This document shows, in pieces, positions 23,144-36,064 of a stretch of DNA of 64,000 nucleotides. The notes beneath the pieces were generated by a model. It saw nothing but the letters and a program-made list of their open reading frames with translations, searched no databases and was not told the DNA's origin. The number at the start of each line of letters is the position of its first letter. Positions within the stretch are counted from its first letter, which is position 1. A program made the position numbers and the translations under genes. Origin of the DNA: Podospora anserina (lineage: Eukaryota); assembly GCA_017654855.1 (NCBI GenBank), contig CM030332.1, forward strand, positions 6,882,001-6,946,000, given 5' to 3'.

Positions 23144-24533
23144 ATGGCCGCCCGTCGTCGCCCGGCGCCGCATAAACTGCAGCAAACGCCTTCGAACAAC
23201 AAAGATCGCGGCGACAAGGGCTTCAGTTTGCCGGCACCGTCGCCCCGCGTTATCAACGCCGCTCCGTCCCTCGAGAAGGCCGAGATGTATGGCATCGATG
23301 ACAACCGTCCGGTCTTCAGTCGCGCCATGGCGCTCGCAGGGCGCATGTTTATCGAGACCATCCCGCAATGGCTGGCCGTTGGAGCTATGCTGTCGCTGAT
23401 TTTTGGCGGCTGCTGCTCCAATGTCTTTGCGCTCGAGTCAATTATCAAGGTGGAACCTGACAGTGGTATGTTTCACTTTCTGATGGGCAATTGGGCGACG
23501 GCACTAACACAGTTGCGCTGCGGCCAGGTTTCTTGTTGACTTTTGTGCAATTCATCTTTGTCGCCATCACCAGTCTCCCCTCCCAACTCGACAGCAGACG
23601 CCCACCGTTCTACCTCAAATCCAACAGAGTCCCAATTCGCCGCTGGCTCGTCAACATTGTACTGTTCTTCGCCATCAATGTTCTCAACAACCACGCCTTT
23701 AGCTATGACATTTCTGTACCGGTGCACATCATCTTGCGCTCTGGAGGCAGCATCACCACCATGCTGGCTGGGAGCTTGTACGGCAAGAGATATTCTCGGA
23801 TCCAGGTGACAGCTGTGCTCTTGCTTACTGTGGGAGTGATCACTGCCGCCTGGTCTGATTCACAGACCAAGGTGTGTCGGGACGGTTTATCGGGGTCCTA
23901 TGGACATGAACATGAAGCTAATGTGTGATGTAGGGAACTACGAGTAGTGGATCTGCCGGGACTACGAGCTTTGTAACTGGCCTCACAATCCTGTTCGTCG
24001 CGCAGGTCCTCTCTGCTATCATGGGCCTCTACACCGAAGAGACATACCGCATGTACGGCCCGCAGTGGAAGGAGAACATGTTCTACTCGCATCTTCTCTC
24101 GATCCCCTTGTTCCTGCCATTCTTGCCGTCTTTGAGTAGACAGTTCATGAAGCTTGCCAACAGCCCTCCGCTGTCGCTTCCAATCCCCCCGCCGGAGGAC
24201 TATCCTAACTTTTCACCCAGCCTGCAACGGCTTGTCGAGAAGATACACATGCCCAGCCAACTGTTCTACCTCACGCTCAACGTCTTGACGCAGTATGCCT
24301 GCATTCGGGGCGTCAACCTCTTGGCTGCAGCTAGCTCGGCTCTGACAGTGACAATTGTTCTCAACATTCGCAAGTTGATCAGTCTGTTGTTGAGTATATG
24401 GCTCTTTGGAAACCGGCTGGCGTTTGGAACGCTGATAGGAGCCTGTATTGTATTTTTCGCAGGAGGACTGTACTCTTTGGACGGAAAGCGGAAGCCGCCT
24501 AGCAGGAGGGGCACCGCGCCGACCAAATCTTGA
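23144..24533 (+). CDS. YEA4: UDP-N-acetylglucosamine transporter (YEA4/SLC35B4, UAA family), ~421 aa; introns 23466-23527, 23872-23933
   Basis: LIFGGCCSNVFALE, ISVPVHIILRSGG, WKENMFYSH and TQYACIRGVN...LNIRKLISLLLS, with multiple hydrophobic segments. Confidence 0.92.
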
Positions 24534-25386
24534 GGAGCTGCTTTGCGAGCAAGCCCCAGTTGTAGATATTACCTGATACAAACATGGTAGGCCCCATATA
24601 GGGCCGAGATTTCCACTTGTTCACCTTCCCAGTTGGGCGCAACAGCGACCACTTAGCATTCTTGGTTGGATGCCATGTGACTGATACCGAGAAACAACAT
24701 TGTTTCGGGCCGGTGCTTGTGAGCATGAGTCCGCCCGGAAGGCGCCGTGCCCCCTTCTCCCAGTGGGACCCTGAACGTTCCAATCCAGGGGTTCCCGCGG
24801 CGGCTGGGGTCGGTATGCATGCTTGCTAAGCCGCTAGAACAAAGAGCTTCTTAGCTGAGCTTGGCAGGCGATTAGCGCCTCGCCCTGGTACGTCATGCCT
24901 TGCCTTATCGCTAAAACGATAGGTGAAAAGTGTCAGAGCCCAAGAAGGGAGAGGCCTTCGTTGAGGGGGCGGTGACTCAACCAAGACAATGGTCCTGATG
25001 GGCGCCTGTATATATTATCCAACCAACAGCTGGAGCTGAGCATTCAAGAAGCTGTTTTGGATTTGGAAAAACGGCCACTCAAAAGTCAGTCAAGAGTGTG
25101 CGATATCTAATTATTTTTGTGCTTTCTACCCCTCCTTTTTGCCCACGATCAGCCTCAACGATGTGCCGTAAGTTTGTCTCTACATTTGCTACCTAGGAAT
25201 GCTTCTTACCACGCCTCGCTGTTGCTCTGGGCTCTGTCAATCCTGCGTTTGCCCACCGCTCAAAATGTCAACTTGAGTGTGACCTGTCTACGCGCGTGGA
25301 ACAGCCGGTTAATGCAGTGAACAGAACACTCATTCTCGCATGACCCGTCGTCAAACTCGACGTCGCCCAGGTTTGCGGCAACACAA

Positions 25387-28300
25387 ATGCCGACCAACGA
25401 TTCGGACGACGAGGAGTACACCCGGCACGGGCAGAGTGACACGGAATCCGACGGTTTGCTCGAACAACACGAACATGGCCGCTCTCACGGGGCACCCGAT
25501 TCACTTGCCCAAAGTCCTGGTTCGGATGGCCACGTCCGCAGGGCGGATGATGCAGAGCTCGAGGAGGGCATGCTTCCCCGAGACATGCCCCATAAGACCG
25601 CCTTTTTCGACCTCGTTGCCGAACGCCAAATGACCCAGTCAGAGGCCAAACTGTTCTACCAGCGAAGCCAGACGGACAGCCGCACCATGCAGACGCAAAC
25701 ACAGACCCAGTTCTCGCCTCAGGGAAGCCCATTGCTTTCTTCGGGGACGTCTAACACCTTGGGCAATATCGATACCGCGCTGGGCCAGAACCCCGCGCAC
25801 AACGCCAGCGGGATCAGGCTTTCAGACCTCGACCCGGCGATCCTGCCCGAATCTGGATATGAGCCTCCCCTCAGCGCAGCGAGGCGCGATCCGAGTCACT
25901 TTGGCTTGAGCAGCCTTCCAAGCCGCGGTAGCTTCACCAATCTCAACAGCGCCGCGGGCGCTCCCGGGAATCAAATCGACCCAGCGGTTCAGCAGCAGAT
26001 GCTCCTTAACACGGGCGCTGTTGCGGGTATCGGAAGCAGCACCTACATGGACGCGGACCCTCAGATCACAGCGGAATTGAGCACCATATTCCAAAGGATC
26101 CAGAACATTTTGAATATTCGTCACAGATACATCAGCCTATCTAATCAAGGCCCCGAGGACAATCCCAAAGATGAGCCTAGTTGGCCCATCTACCCGCCGC
26201 CCCCAGAGCCAGCGTGGAGCGAGGAGAGAGACAAGGCTGGCCGGAGCACAAAGGCTCAGAACAGCGCCTACAACAGCATGGCTAATAGCATGGTTCTGAG
26301 CATGGACAAAGATAAGCAGCGTTCCAGCGACCAATCTTTCGATATTCCCGACACTCCCCAAAAGCCATATAGGAGTAAGCGGAAGCCCGGGCAGGATATT
26401 GGCGAGGATTTCGACATGGATGACTTGCTACCCCTCCCGGGTCCGAGCGAGATGACATACCGACTTGATGACAACGGCGTCTACCAGGTGTATGAGACCG
26501 AGGAGGCGAGCAAAACAAATTCGCCTGTCATCAAGGTGCCTACCATCAAAGAGTACTACCTTGATCTCGACGAGATTTCGAGCGTGTCATCGGACGGACC
26601 CAGCAAGAGCTTTGCCTTCCGGCGGTTGCAGTATCTGGAGGGCAAGTTCAACCTCTACCAGCTGTTGAACGAGTACCAGGAGACCGCCGACAGCAAAAAG
26701 GTGCCTCACCGTGACTTTTACAACGTCAGAAAGGTGGACACGCACGTTCACCACTCTGCTTGTATGAACCAGAAGCATCTGCTGCGGTTCATCAAGAGCA
26801 AAATGAAGAAGTTTCCGGACGAGATCGTTTTGTACAGAGATGGCAAGCATTTGACACTGGCGGAGGTGTTTGAAAGTATCAACCTCACGGCCTATGATTT
26901 GAGTATCGACACGCTGGACATGCACGCCCACAAGGACTCCTTCCACCGGTTCGACAAGTTCAACCTCAAGTACAACCCTATTGGTGAATCTCGACTGCGT
27001 ACCATTTTCTTGAAGACGGACAACTTTATCAATGGTCGTTACCTGGCTGAGATCACCAAAGAGGTCATCTCCGATTTGGAGTCGAGCAAGTACCAGATGG
27101 TGGAATGGCGCATTTCCATCTACGGACGGTCGCTTGACGAGTGGGACAAACTTGCGGCTTGGGTTATTGACAACAAGCTCTTCTCTCACAATGTCCGGTG
27201 GCTCATTCAGATCCCTCGCCTGTATGATGTGTACAAGGCTAGCGATTTGATGGGTAATTTCGAACAAGTGGTTGTGAATATCTTCCGGCCTCTGTTTGAA
27301 GTCACAAAAGACCCAAATAGTCACCCCAAACTCCACGTCTTCCTGCAAAGAGTCATTGGATTCGATAGTGTCGATGACGAAAGCAAGGTCGAGAGGAGGT
27401 TATTCAAGAAGTTTCCAGTCCCTCGGGTGTGGGATAGCAAGCAGAATCCTCCTTACAGCTACTGGATCTACTATCTGTTCGCCAACATGACCTCGCTGAA
27501 CGTCTGGCGCAAGAGGCGGGGCTTCAACACCTTTGTTCTCCGACCGCACTGCGGGGAAGCAGGTGACAGCGAGCATCTTGCTGCCGCTGCCCTCTGTTGC
27601 CACAGCATCAGTCACGGACTGCTTCTCCGGAAGGTTCCCTTGCTGCAGTACATTTTCTATCTCGAACAGATCGGCATCGCCATGTCGCCCCTCAGCAACA
27701 ACGCCTTGTTCTTGGCCTACGAAAGGAACCCCTTCTACCAGTACTTCAAACGTGGATTGAACGTGTCGTTGTCAACCGACGACCCGCTTCAGTTTGCCTT
27801 TACCAAGGAACCGTTGATTGAGGAGTACGCTGTCGCGGCGCAGATTTACAAGCTGAGCCCGGTCGATATGTGCGAGCTGGCTAAGAACTCTGTCAAGCAG
27901 AGCGGCTACGAGTACTCGGTGAAGCAGCAGTGGTTAGGGCCCAACTTCAACATTCCGGGTGCTGGGGGCAACATGGTGAAGACCAACGTACCTGATAGAA
28001 GAGAGGAGTTCCGGTACCGCACTTTAATGGAGGAGCGCAGAATGTGAGTTTTGTGCCTTGTTTGGATGCTCAAAGTTTGTGTCAAGACTGACCTGTTGCT
28101 GTCAGGGTGGAGAGATACACATCGATCGCTGAAAATGCGGCTGCTGTGGATGCCGCCGCGCAGAGCGTGGCGTCCCTTGCAATGTCCTCCAAGAATACTG
28201 CCACGGCGGATTCCAAGCAACAGAGCCATGCGCCATCTCCCGCCTCGCAAGTTCAGGGCTCGAACATTATTGGCAAGTCCGCCAGGGTTGAGACCGGTAG

Positions 28301-28535
28301 CCCGGCAGTTAGCGCACAATCCCAGGTCTTTTCAAGCCCAGTAACGGCTTCCCCATTGACGGTTTCCGGCTCGGAGGAACACATTTCAGGCCATGAGCCG
28401 AGATACTTCCCGGGAGTTGTTTCGCGGAGGCAGCGGGATAGCACAAGGCAGAGCTCGATGCATGAGAGTGACGACGCTGCGCTGCGGAAAGTGTCTTCTA
28501 AGAGAGATGCTTCCAAGGAGGGGCGCGGTAACTAG
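25387..28535 (+). CDS. AMD1: AMP deaminase, ~1028 aa; intron 28044-28105
   Basis: VPHRDFYNVRKVDTHVH, LDMHAH, RPHCGEAG and the SLSTDDP signature. Confidence 0.97.
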
Positions 28536-29657
28536 GGAAATTTTCGAGCTTGGCTTCGGGAACCATATGGATAAATATTAAGAAAGGTCTGGATAGATAG
28601 AGAATTTGATGAATTCCAAAGCAACGGTCCCATCATGTTTGGACCGTGTTTACATCGTCCGTGTTCAGGGGCGACCGTTTACCCCCTTTTTCCGAAGGGT
28701 TCCAGACCCGTGGAAGAGCACGTGGCGCTCCGTTTAAATGCCCCCACCCACTTTCAGCAGACAGGATCGACGCCAGCTGCCAGGCAGGGACTGACAGTGC
28801 GTAACCTAAGGCTGACTGCCAGGTTGTACAGAGACAGGAAAGAGAAGGCTGCCCGGGCGGACTCCTGCACATGTATGTGTTAATTGAATTCTACTATGAG
28901 ACGTCGGCCTTCCACTCGTCCTAGACAAACCTAGACCATGTGCATATCTATCTACAGAATTGCGTTTTTAACGTTGCGCCTTCTTGCAGGCACATCTTCA
29001 ACTCCTGTCCAGCCTAGCCTTTGAAACATATTGGGAATAGCCCGGCCAATTTCCCCCGGTCCGCCGAGCGATAGCTTCTGGGTCCCCATTCATTCAATCA
29101 TCTCTCGACCACCTCCTTTTGCATGTTATTATTTTCCTAACCAACTTATCCGACTTTTTTTTGATTATCCCAGGACGACAAGAGGGAGAGAGTGAGGGAG
29201 AGAGGTTTGGACGAAGAAGAAGCACCACCACCGGCGGAAGAGCGAGCCATTTGTGGGCAAAAGACCACACGCTCGCGCCTTTTCGGTCCACTTTCCGGGG
29301 CAACGCCCACGTTTGTCCACTTTCCCAATTCGCATTCGATTCGTCCGCCTGTTGCAACAGTCCAGCGTTCTCTCTGGAAGCGCCAAGTCCACTGGCTTCG
29401 GCTACAGCCCAACGTCAACAGTCAACAGTCAAGGAAAAACCAGCCAGCAGAGGGAAATCTACTGTTGCATCAGCCTTTCCCCGCGCGCGCGCAGTGCCCT
29501 TCGCCGCCTGTGACGACAACAAACCATTTTCCAACAACGCCGTGAACCCCTTTCCGAATGCTTCGTACCATTGACCATCTCGACCGATAGCGCGCGGCAC
29601 CCCGCTCCCCCCCCCTTAACGATCGATCCAGCTCGAGTTACGAAGACTGCGGCAGCA

Positions 29658-32600
29658 ATGGGGTTCCTTGGGGTGTACAAGGCCCTGTATGACTACACTC
29701 CCCAGGCGGAGGGGGAACTATCAATCACGGAGGGCGACGTTCTGTATGTGTTGGAAAAGAGCACGGATGATGACTGGTGGAAGGCCAAGAAGAAGGCTAC
29801 GGCCGAGGATGAGGATGAGCCGGTTGGCTTGATCCCGAATAACTACATCGAGGAGGTACGTCACGTCAGAGCATTGGAGGGTACTTAGCCATTCTTTGGT
29901 CTCGCTGATACGAGGTGTACAATGGCTCCAGGTAAAACCGGAAAGCAAGGCTCGCGCGCTGTATGAATACACCAGGCAAACCGACGAGGAGCTGTCCTTC
30001 CCCGAGGAGGCCCAGCTCGACGTTTACGATACTACTGACCCGGATTGGATTTTGGTAGGGTACCAAGGAGATTTCGGGTTCGCGCCGGCCAACTACATTG
30101 AGATTGCGGCTGGTGGACAAAAGCAGGAGGAGGCCGCACCGTCCATCCCAACTCCGCCTCCGCTTCCCGTCAGGACGCCGAGCGATGCCGCACCCAGCCC
30201 CGCCCTTCCCCCGAGACCCCCATCGGAGCCGGCCAGCCCGGCTTCGCCTCCTGTCGCGCCGAACCCAGCCAGCATGATTGCGGGTATGATGGCTGCTCGG
30301 GGAGGTCATACCCCCGCGCCATTGGACCTCCAGCCATCTGGACAACGGCATGTTGCTGAAGAAGAAGAAGAACAAGAGGTCAAATCGCCACCTCTTCCGA
30401 CCCGGCCGCGTGGTGATTCTCAGGTCTCGGAGCCTGCCCGCTCGGCGCCTGCTTCGGGCGGTCTGAAGACACACGGGTTCCGTGACAGTGATCGCATCGA
30501 CCGCTATAGCGACTCTGTTCCTCAGACTCCAAACACGGCACCACTCACCCCTGGTGACTTTCACATGTATAACATTAATGAAATGGTCTCGGTGATGGGC
30601 AAGAAGAAGAAGATGCCTACTACTCTGGGCATCAACCTTCGGACTGGCATTATCTTGATTGCTCCCGAACATGCTTCGGACGGCCCATCGCAGGAGTGGA
30701 CGGCGAACTTGATGACGCATTATTCTCGGGAAGGCAAGCACGTCTTTATGGAGCTGGTCAAACCAAGCAAGAGCATCGACTTTCATGCGGGCGCAAAGGA
30801 CACTGCAGAAGAGATTGTTGCGATGCTTGGGGAGCTGGCCGGGGCCGTGCGTGCTGAGGGACTGATGGAGATTGTCAAGGCCACCAAGGGGAGCAAGGTG
30901 CCTCAGCAGAAGACTGGCGTTGTTTTGTACGATTTCTTGGCCCAGGGCGAGGACGAGGTTACGGTTGGGATTGGTGATGAGGTTATCATCTTGGACGACA
31001 CCAAGAGCGAGGAGTGGTGGATGGTCCGCAGGGTTAAGAACCAGTTGGAAGGCGTCGTTCCGAGCAGCTACATTGAAGTCACCGGCATGCTCGACACTCC
31101 GGTTCCGACATCGGCTTCCGGTATCAACGCGGGCCGGTCGACCATCGAGCAGAACCGGCTGGAGGAGGCGAGATTGACGAAGGAGGCGCTCAAGGCGGCG
31201 AAGCGGGAGGAGAGAAAGGAAAGGGAGGGGAGAAGTTCAGAGGTAGGCCCTGGATTGCGTTTGCCCGAGCGAAGTAGTAGTTTGTCTCAGGCCAGAAATG
31301 GTAACACTGTGGGACAACAGCACTCCAGCAGACGCGAGAACGGAGCCTCGGGTTCGTCGAAATCGAAGGATGGGAGCGTCAAGTCGAGTAAGTTTCTTGT
31401 GATCTGTGGGGTTTGAAGAGCGCTCGCTGACCATCCTCTTTACTGCAAGAACCCGACCCGGCCAAGGTGCGGACGTGGACGGATCGGTCAAAGTCTTTTA
31501 CCGTCGAGGCTCAGTTCCTCGGGGTGAAGGATGGCAAGCTCAACTTGCACAAGGTGAACGGTGTCAGGATCGCGGTGCCCATCGCCAAGATGTCGATTAC
31601 GGATCTGGAATATGTCGAGCAGACCACCGGCATCTCGCTCGACGAAGACAAGCCCCTTTCCGATCTCAAGAAGAAGGCTGCCGCCGAGAATGCTCGCAGT
31701 GGACGTTCCTCGTCTTCCAAGACCAAGGTCGGAGCGTCTATTGAGCCAAAGAAGTCCACTTACGATTGGTTCCAGTTTTTCCTGGATTGCGACATTCAAC
31801 CTCAGTCCTGCGAACGGTACTGTCAAGCGTTCGAAAGGGACTCCATGGATGAGAGCGTGCTGCCAGACGTGAATGCTACGGTGTTGAGGAAATTGGGATT
31901 CAAAGAAGGTGATATCATCAAGGTTATGCGATACCTGGATACGAAGTATGCCCGAGGCAAGGGTAGTGTTGGCGATGATGAGTCTGGTGGTGGTTTGTTC
32001 TCGGGTCCTGGGGGCGCTCTCCGAAACAACACCAGAAAGGGACGGCCAGCCCCACCAGTGGAGACTAACAACGTTGTTGATCCTAATGCCTTTAAGAAGG
32101 ACGGTAGCGGTGCCGAGCCCAAGTCGGCGTCTCCCACCACTGCGACAGGACCGGCAGCTGCAACGGCCGCTCCAAGCAAACCCGCAGGTGGATTCGATGA
32201 CGATGCTTGGGATGTGAAGCCTTCCAAGACTCCCGAACCAGCTCTGGCAGCGAAGGCACCTGAACCCGCACCGGCTCCCGTTGCGGCTCCTGCGCCAGCC
32301 CCTGCTCCCGCTCCCGCTCCCGCCCCCGCTCCCGCGCCCAGTACGGCCAAGCTCACGGGCTCGATGCAGGAACTGTCATTGCTCTCTCAGCCATTAGTTC
32401 CAGAACAGGTTCAGCCTCCACCAGCTCCTCCTGCTTTGGACTTCTCGCCTGCTCCCACCGCCGCCGCAGTTGCCCCGGTTCCAGCTCCCGCGCAAGTTCC
32501 ACAGCCTACCGGCGCGACCCCTGGCTTTTTTGGTGGTCTGCAAGCTCCCGTTGTCAACGGACAGCCGCTCACTCAACAGCTCCCGCAAAACATTGCCCGT

Positions 32601-33416
32601 GCTAGACCTGTGGCACCTCAGTATACCCAGGGTCAAGGCGGTTTGATCGCTCCTCCTCCTCCGTCTCGACCACTATCAGCTCCTCAGACGGCTCAACCCA
32701 GTCAATTCGCGCCACCACCACTCCAGCCCCAGATGACGGGCTTCCAGACACAAGTCGCGCCCCCGGGTCAGAGCCTAGCCGAGATCAGCCAGCAGCGGAT
32801 GCAGCAGCAATACGCCGCTCAGATGCAAGCCCAACAGCAGCAGATGCAGCCTCAAATGACGGGGATGCAGCCCATGATGCAGCCCATGATGACGGGTATT
32901 CCTGCTCAGCCAACAGGTTTCCAGCCTGTTCCGGCGGGGCCGTTCATGTCACAACCCACGGGCATGGCACCACCCATGCAGCCGATGCAGATGCAGCCTA
33001 CCGGGTTTGGTGTTGGTGGGTTCGGACAGCCGCCGGTTCAGCAACAGCCTTTTGTTCCTGGTGGCGGGCTGCCCATGCAGTTGCAGCCTCAGCAGACGGG
33101 TATGAGTGTGCTGCAGCCGCAGATGACGGGATTGACTGGGTTTGGGACAACGGGGAGTCCAGTGGGTGGGGGGTTGGCGGCGCCGATGCAGCCTTTGATG
33201 CCGCAGAAGACGGGGCCGCCACCGCCGGTGAGATTTGGGGTGCAGCCTGATGCGAAGAAGTTGGCGCCGCAGGCTACCGGACGGAGGGCGAATTTGGCTG
33301 CAGCTAGTAAGTTTTTTTTTTATTTTTATTTTTTTAGTTTTTTTGAACCTAGATTACCATGAAGCGATGAAAATGCTGACGCGTTAATAGCACCGGATAA
33401 TCCGTTTGGGTTTTAA
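29658..33416 (+). CDS. SLA1: Endocytic adaptor Sla1 (three SH3, SHD1, SAM-like SHD2, QxTG repeats), ~1178 aa; exons 29658-29855, 29932-31387, 31450-33306, 33391-33416
   Basis: SH3 starts ALYDY, ALYEY and VLYDF; SHD1 RTWTDRSKSFTVEAQFLG; YDWFQFFL; many QMTG/QPTG repeats; terminal TPDNPFGF. 3537 nt in total. Confidence 0.95.
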
Positions 33417-34927
33417 TTGTAGTTTGTGAGGGGGTTGGGATGGGTGGTAATGTGAATAGAGGGTGGCCAGGGGGATGTACGGGGGGAAGTTGGTGGGTTG
33501 AGGAGTGGTTAGAAGGGGTGGTTGTTGGAAGAGAAGGGGGCTGTTGTTTGTGTTGTATTGAGTTGTGTGGGTTGTCTCTGGCTGTGGTTGTTGTGGGCTG
33601 AAGCGATGCAACCGAGTTTACTATATCTAGTTTTTGCTTTTTATTATTCAATGCGTTGTTTTTCTTCGAGTAGAACTGCTTGTTGTACTGTGCCATGCAA
33701 GATATTTTGGTTCTAGTATAGCGTGCGTGGGAAAAGGGGTAAACAACAGAGAAGAAGGGGTAACTGTACGTACACCTAGGGCGACTTCGCAGCATCAGTT
33801 GAGAGGACGATAGGGAAATATATGTTAGTAAACTTTGGGAACCGTTTTGAGAAGTCCATGGGTAGTGAGTGTGTGATTTGGGATGTGTGACCATCTTGGG
33901 AATGAGACGCCGTTTATACATTCTTTCAAGGCGCGGTTCAGCATGGTGGTGCCAGCTACCTATCTTGTCCACGTCGTGGGACCTCAACCCAAGGCAGAGA
34001 TCATATGATAATCAACATATACCTCCTTTTTCCTCTTCTCTAATTTCTCACAAGTTTAGAACATCACGTACCTCGGCATCTTGACCTGAAGGAGGCCCAG
34101 CAAGGTCATGGTCAAAGAGATCCACATTTCAGCCCCAACCTGGTTGAGCTAGAAGCGACATCTGACCCAAGTCTCAGAATGACGTTTACCCACCAAGTGC
34201 CCGCGTGACAGGACGGAAAGCTACCTGGTGTGGAAGTTACTTTGGCACCCCGCTGGAGGGTTGCACTTGGATACCTTGTAGAGAGTACTTGAAGTTGTGT
34301 GACAGATGAGGCAAAGCAGAGGTAGAGGGTACTCGGCCTGTTGATAAGATAAGAAGCTTGATCTGTGCCAAGACTGGTTCAGATCCCCAACAAAATGCAC
34401 CTCAGAGGGACTTGAGTGGTCCAGAACAGGTTGGGTGTGGATAGTGAGTGGCTGATGAACGACGACAACTGACGGTTTGCTGCAACAGCTCTCTTCCGAG
34501 TTATCCATACGCGAATGACGACGGGGCACATGGCTGGTTGTTAACGGAACGGAGACATCACACAGCAACTGTGGGTGCAACAAAGATATCCCGACGACAC
34601 TACACTTCGAACTGTTTCTGGAAGAAGGTGGTTGAAAAGGGTAGAGGCTGCATCATCCGCCTGGAGGTAGAGAGGTGTGTGGGTGCCTGGTGACCAATAA
34701 CCACCACACCTTTTTATCAAGAAGCTTCTCCGAACGAACGGCAACAGCCGCCTGATTTGGCCTTCTCTTTTCCAACCACCACCAACCCTTTGTCGAGGTT
34801 GGTGCCTACGAACGGAATACACCTAGTTTTCGATCGACACAAAACCTATAACTTCATCAAGCACCATTGACAAAACCGCCCCCACCTAGATAGCATCAGC
34901 AACGCCTGCTTCACACAACCGCCCAGC

Positions 34928-36064
34928 ATGCGCGACCCCTTCCCCATCGCCCCGATCCCGGCCCTCTCAGCCTGGATCCAACCCTACGCCGACGCCCTTC
35001 ACCTCCCCACTCTCCCTCTGCACATCCACGAAGTCCTCGGCGCCGCCGCCTTCTACACCTTTGTGCACACCATCCTCTCCCCCATCATCTCCAACGCCTT
35101 CTTCTCGAAATACTACCCCAAGAACCACCGCGCCAAAAAGGCCAACTGGGATGCCCATGTCGTTTCCCTCGTGCAGTCAGTCCTGATCAACGGGCTGGCG
35201 CTATGGACGATGTACTATGACGAGGAGAGGGCCAACAGCGACTGGGAGCAGAGAGTATGGGGGTACACTGGAGCAAGTGGTATGATCCAGGCTCTGGCAG
35301 CGGGATATTTCGTCTGGGACTTGGGAATCACGCTGTTGAATCTGGATATTTTTGGGTTGGGGCTGCTGGCGCATGCGGTGAGCGCGCTGGCGGTTTATAC
35401 TTTTGGATTCGTACGTTTGATGCTCCCTCTCTCTCGCCCCCTGTTTTGATGTAATGCGGTGTACTGACGAAACTACTAGCGCCCCTATCTGAACTACTAC
35501 TCCTCCATCTTCATCCTCTACGAGCTCTCCACCCCGTTTCTGAACATCCACTGGTTCTTTGACAAGCTGAACATGACCGGTTCCAAGCCGCAGCTCTACA
35601 ACGGGATCGCGCTTTTGGTCGTCTTCTTCTGCTGCAGACTCGTCTGGGGAACGTACCAATCCGCTGTTGTGTATGTTGACATGTGGAAGGCTGTGCAGAG
35701 GGGCCCCGATGCGGGTTACATTGCTGCCGCGTTTGAGAAGGCTTCTGGGGTGGACAAGAATTTGATGCATTTTGCCAAGGATGCGGGGCCGGTGCCGGTT
35801 TGGTTGGCGGTCACGTATGTGGCGAGCAATCTGACGCTGAACACGCTGAACTGGTATTGGTATTTCAAGATGATTTCTGCGGTGAAGAAGAGGTTTGAGC
35901 CGGCGAAGAAGGAGAAGGCTGCTGTTCCTGCTGGGGGTAAGGGGACTGGCAATGTGGCGACGGGGGCGATGGTGGGGGAGAAGCAGGGGCTGAGGCAGAG
36001 GGCGCACTCGATTGGGGATGTGGTGCCTGATTCGGAGGAGCTGAGGCAGGGGACTATTCAGTAG
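34928..36064 (+). CDS. TLC (TRAM/LAG1/CLN8) domain membrane protein, 355 aa; intron 35411-35479
   Basis: NWDAHVVSLVQS, AAGYFVWD, the spliced YELSTPFLNIHWFFDK, and LNTLNWYWYFKMI. Confidence 0.9.
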
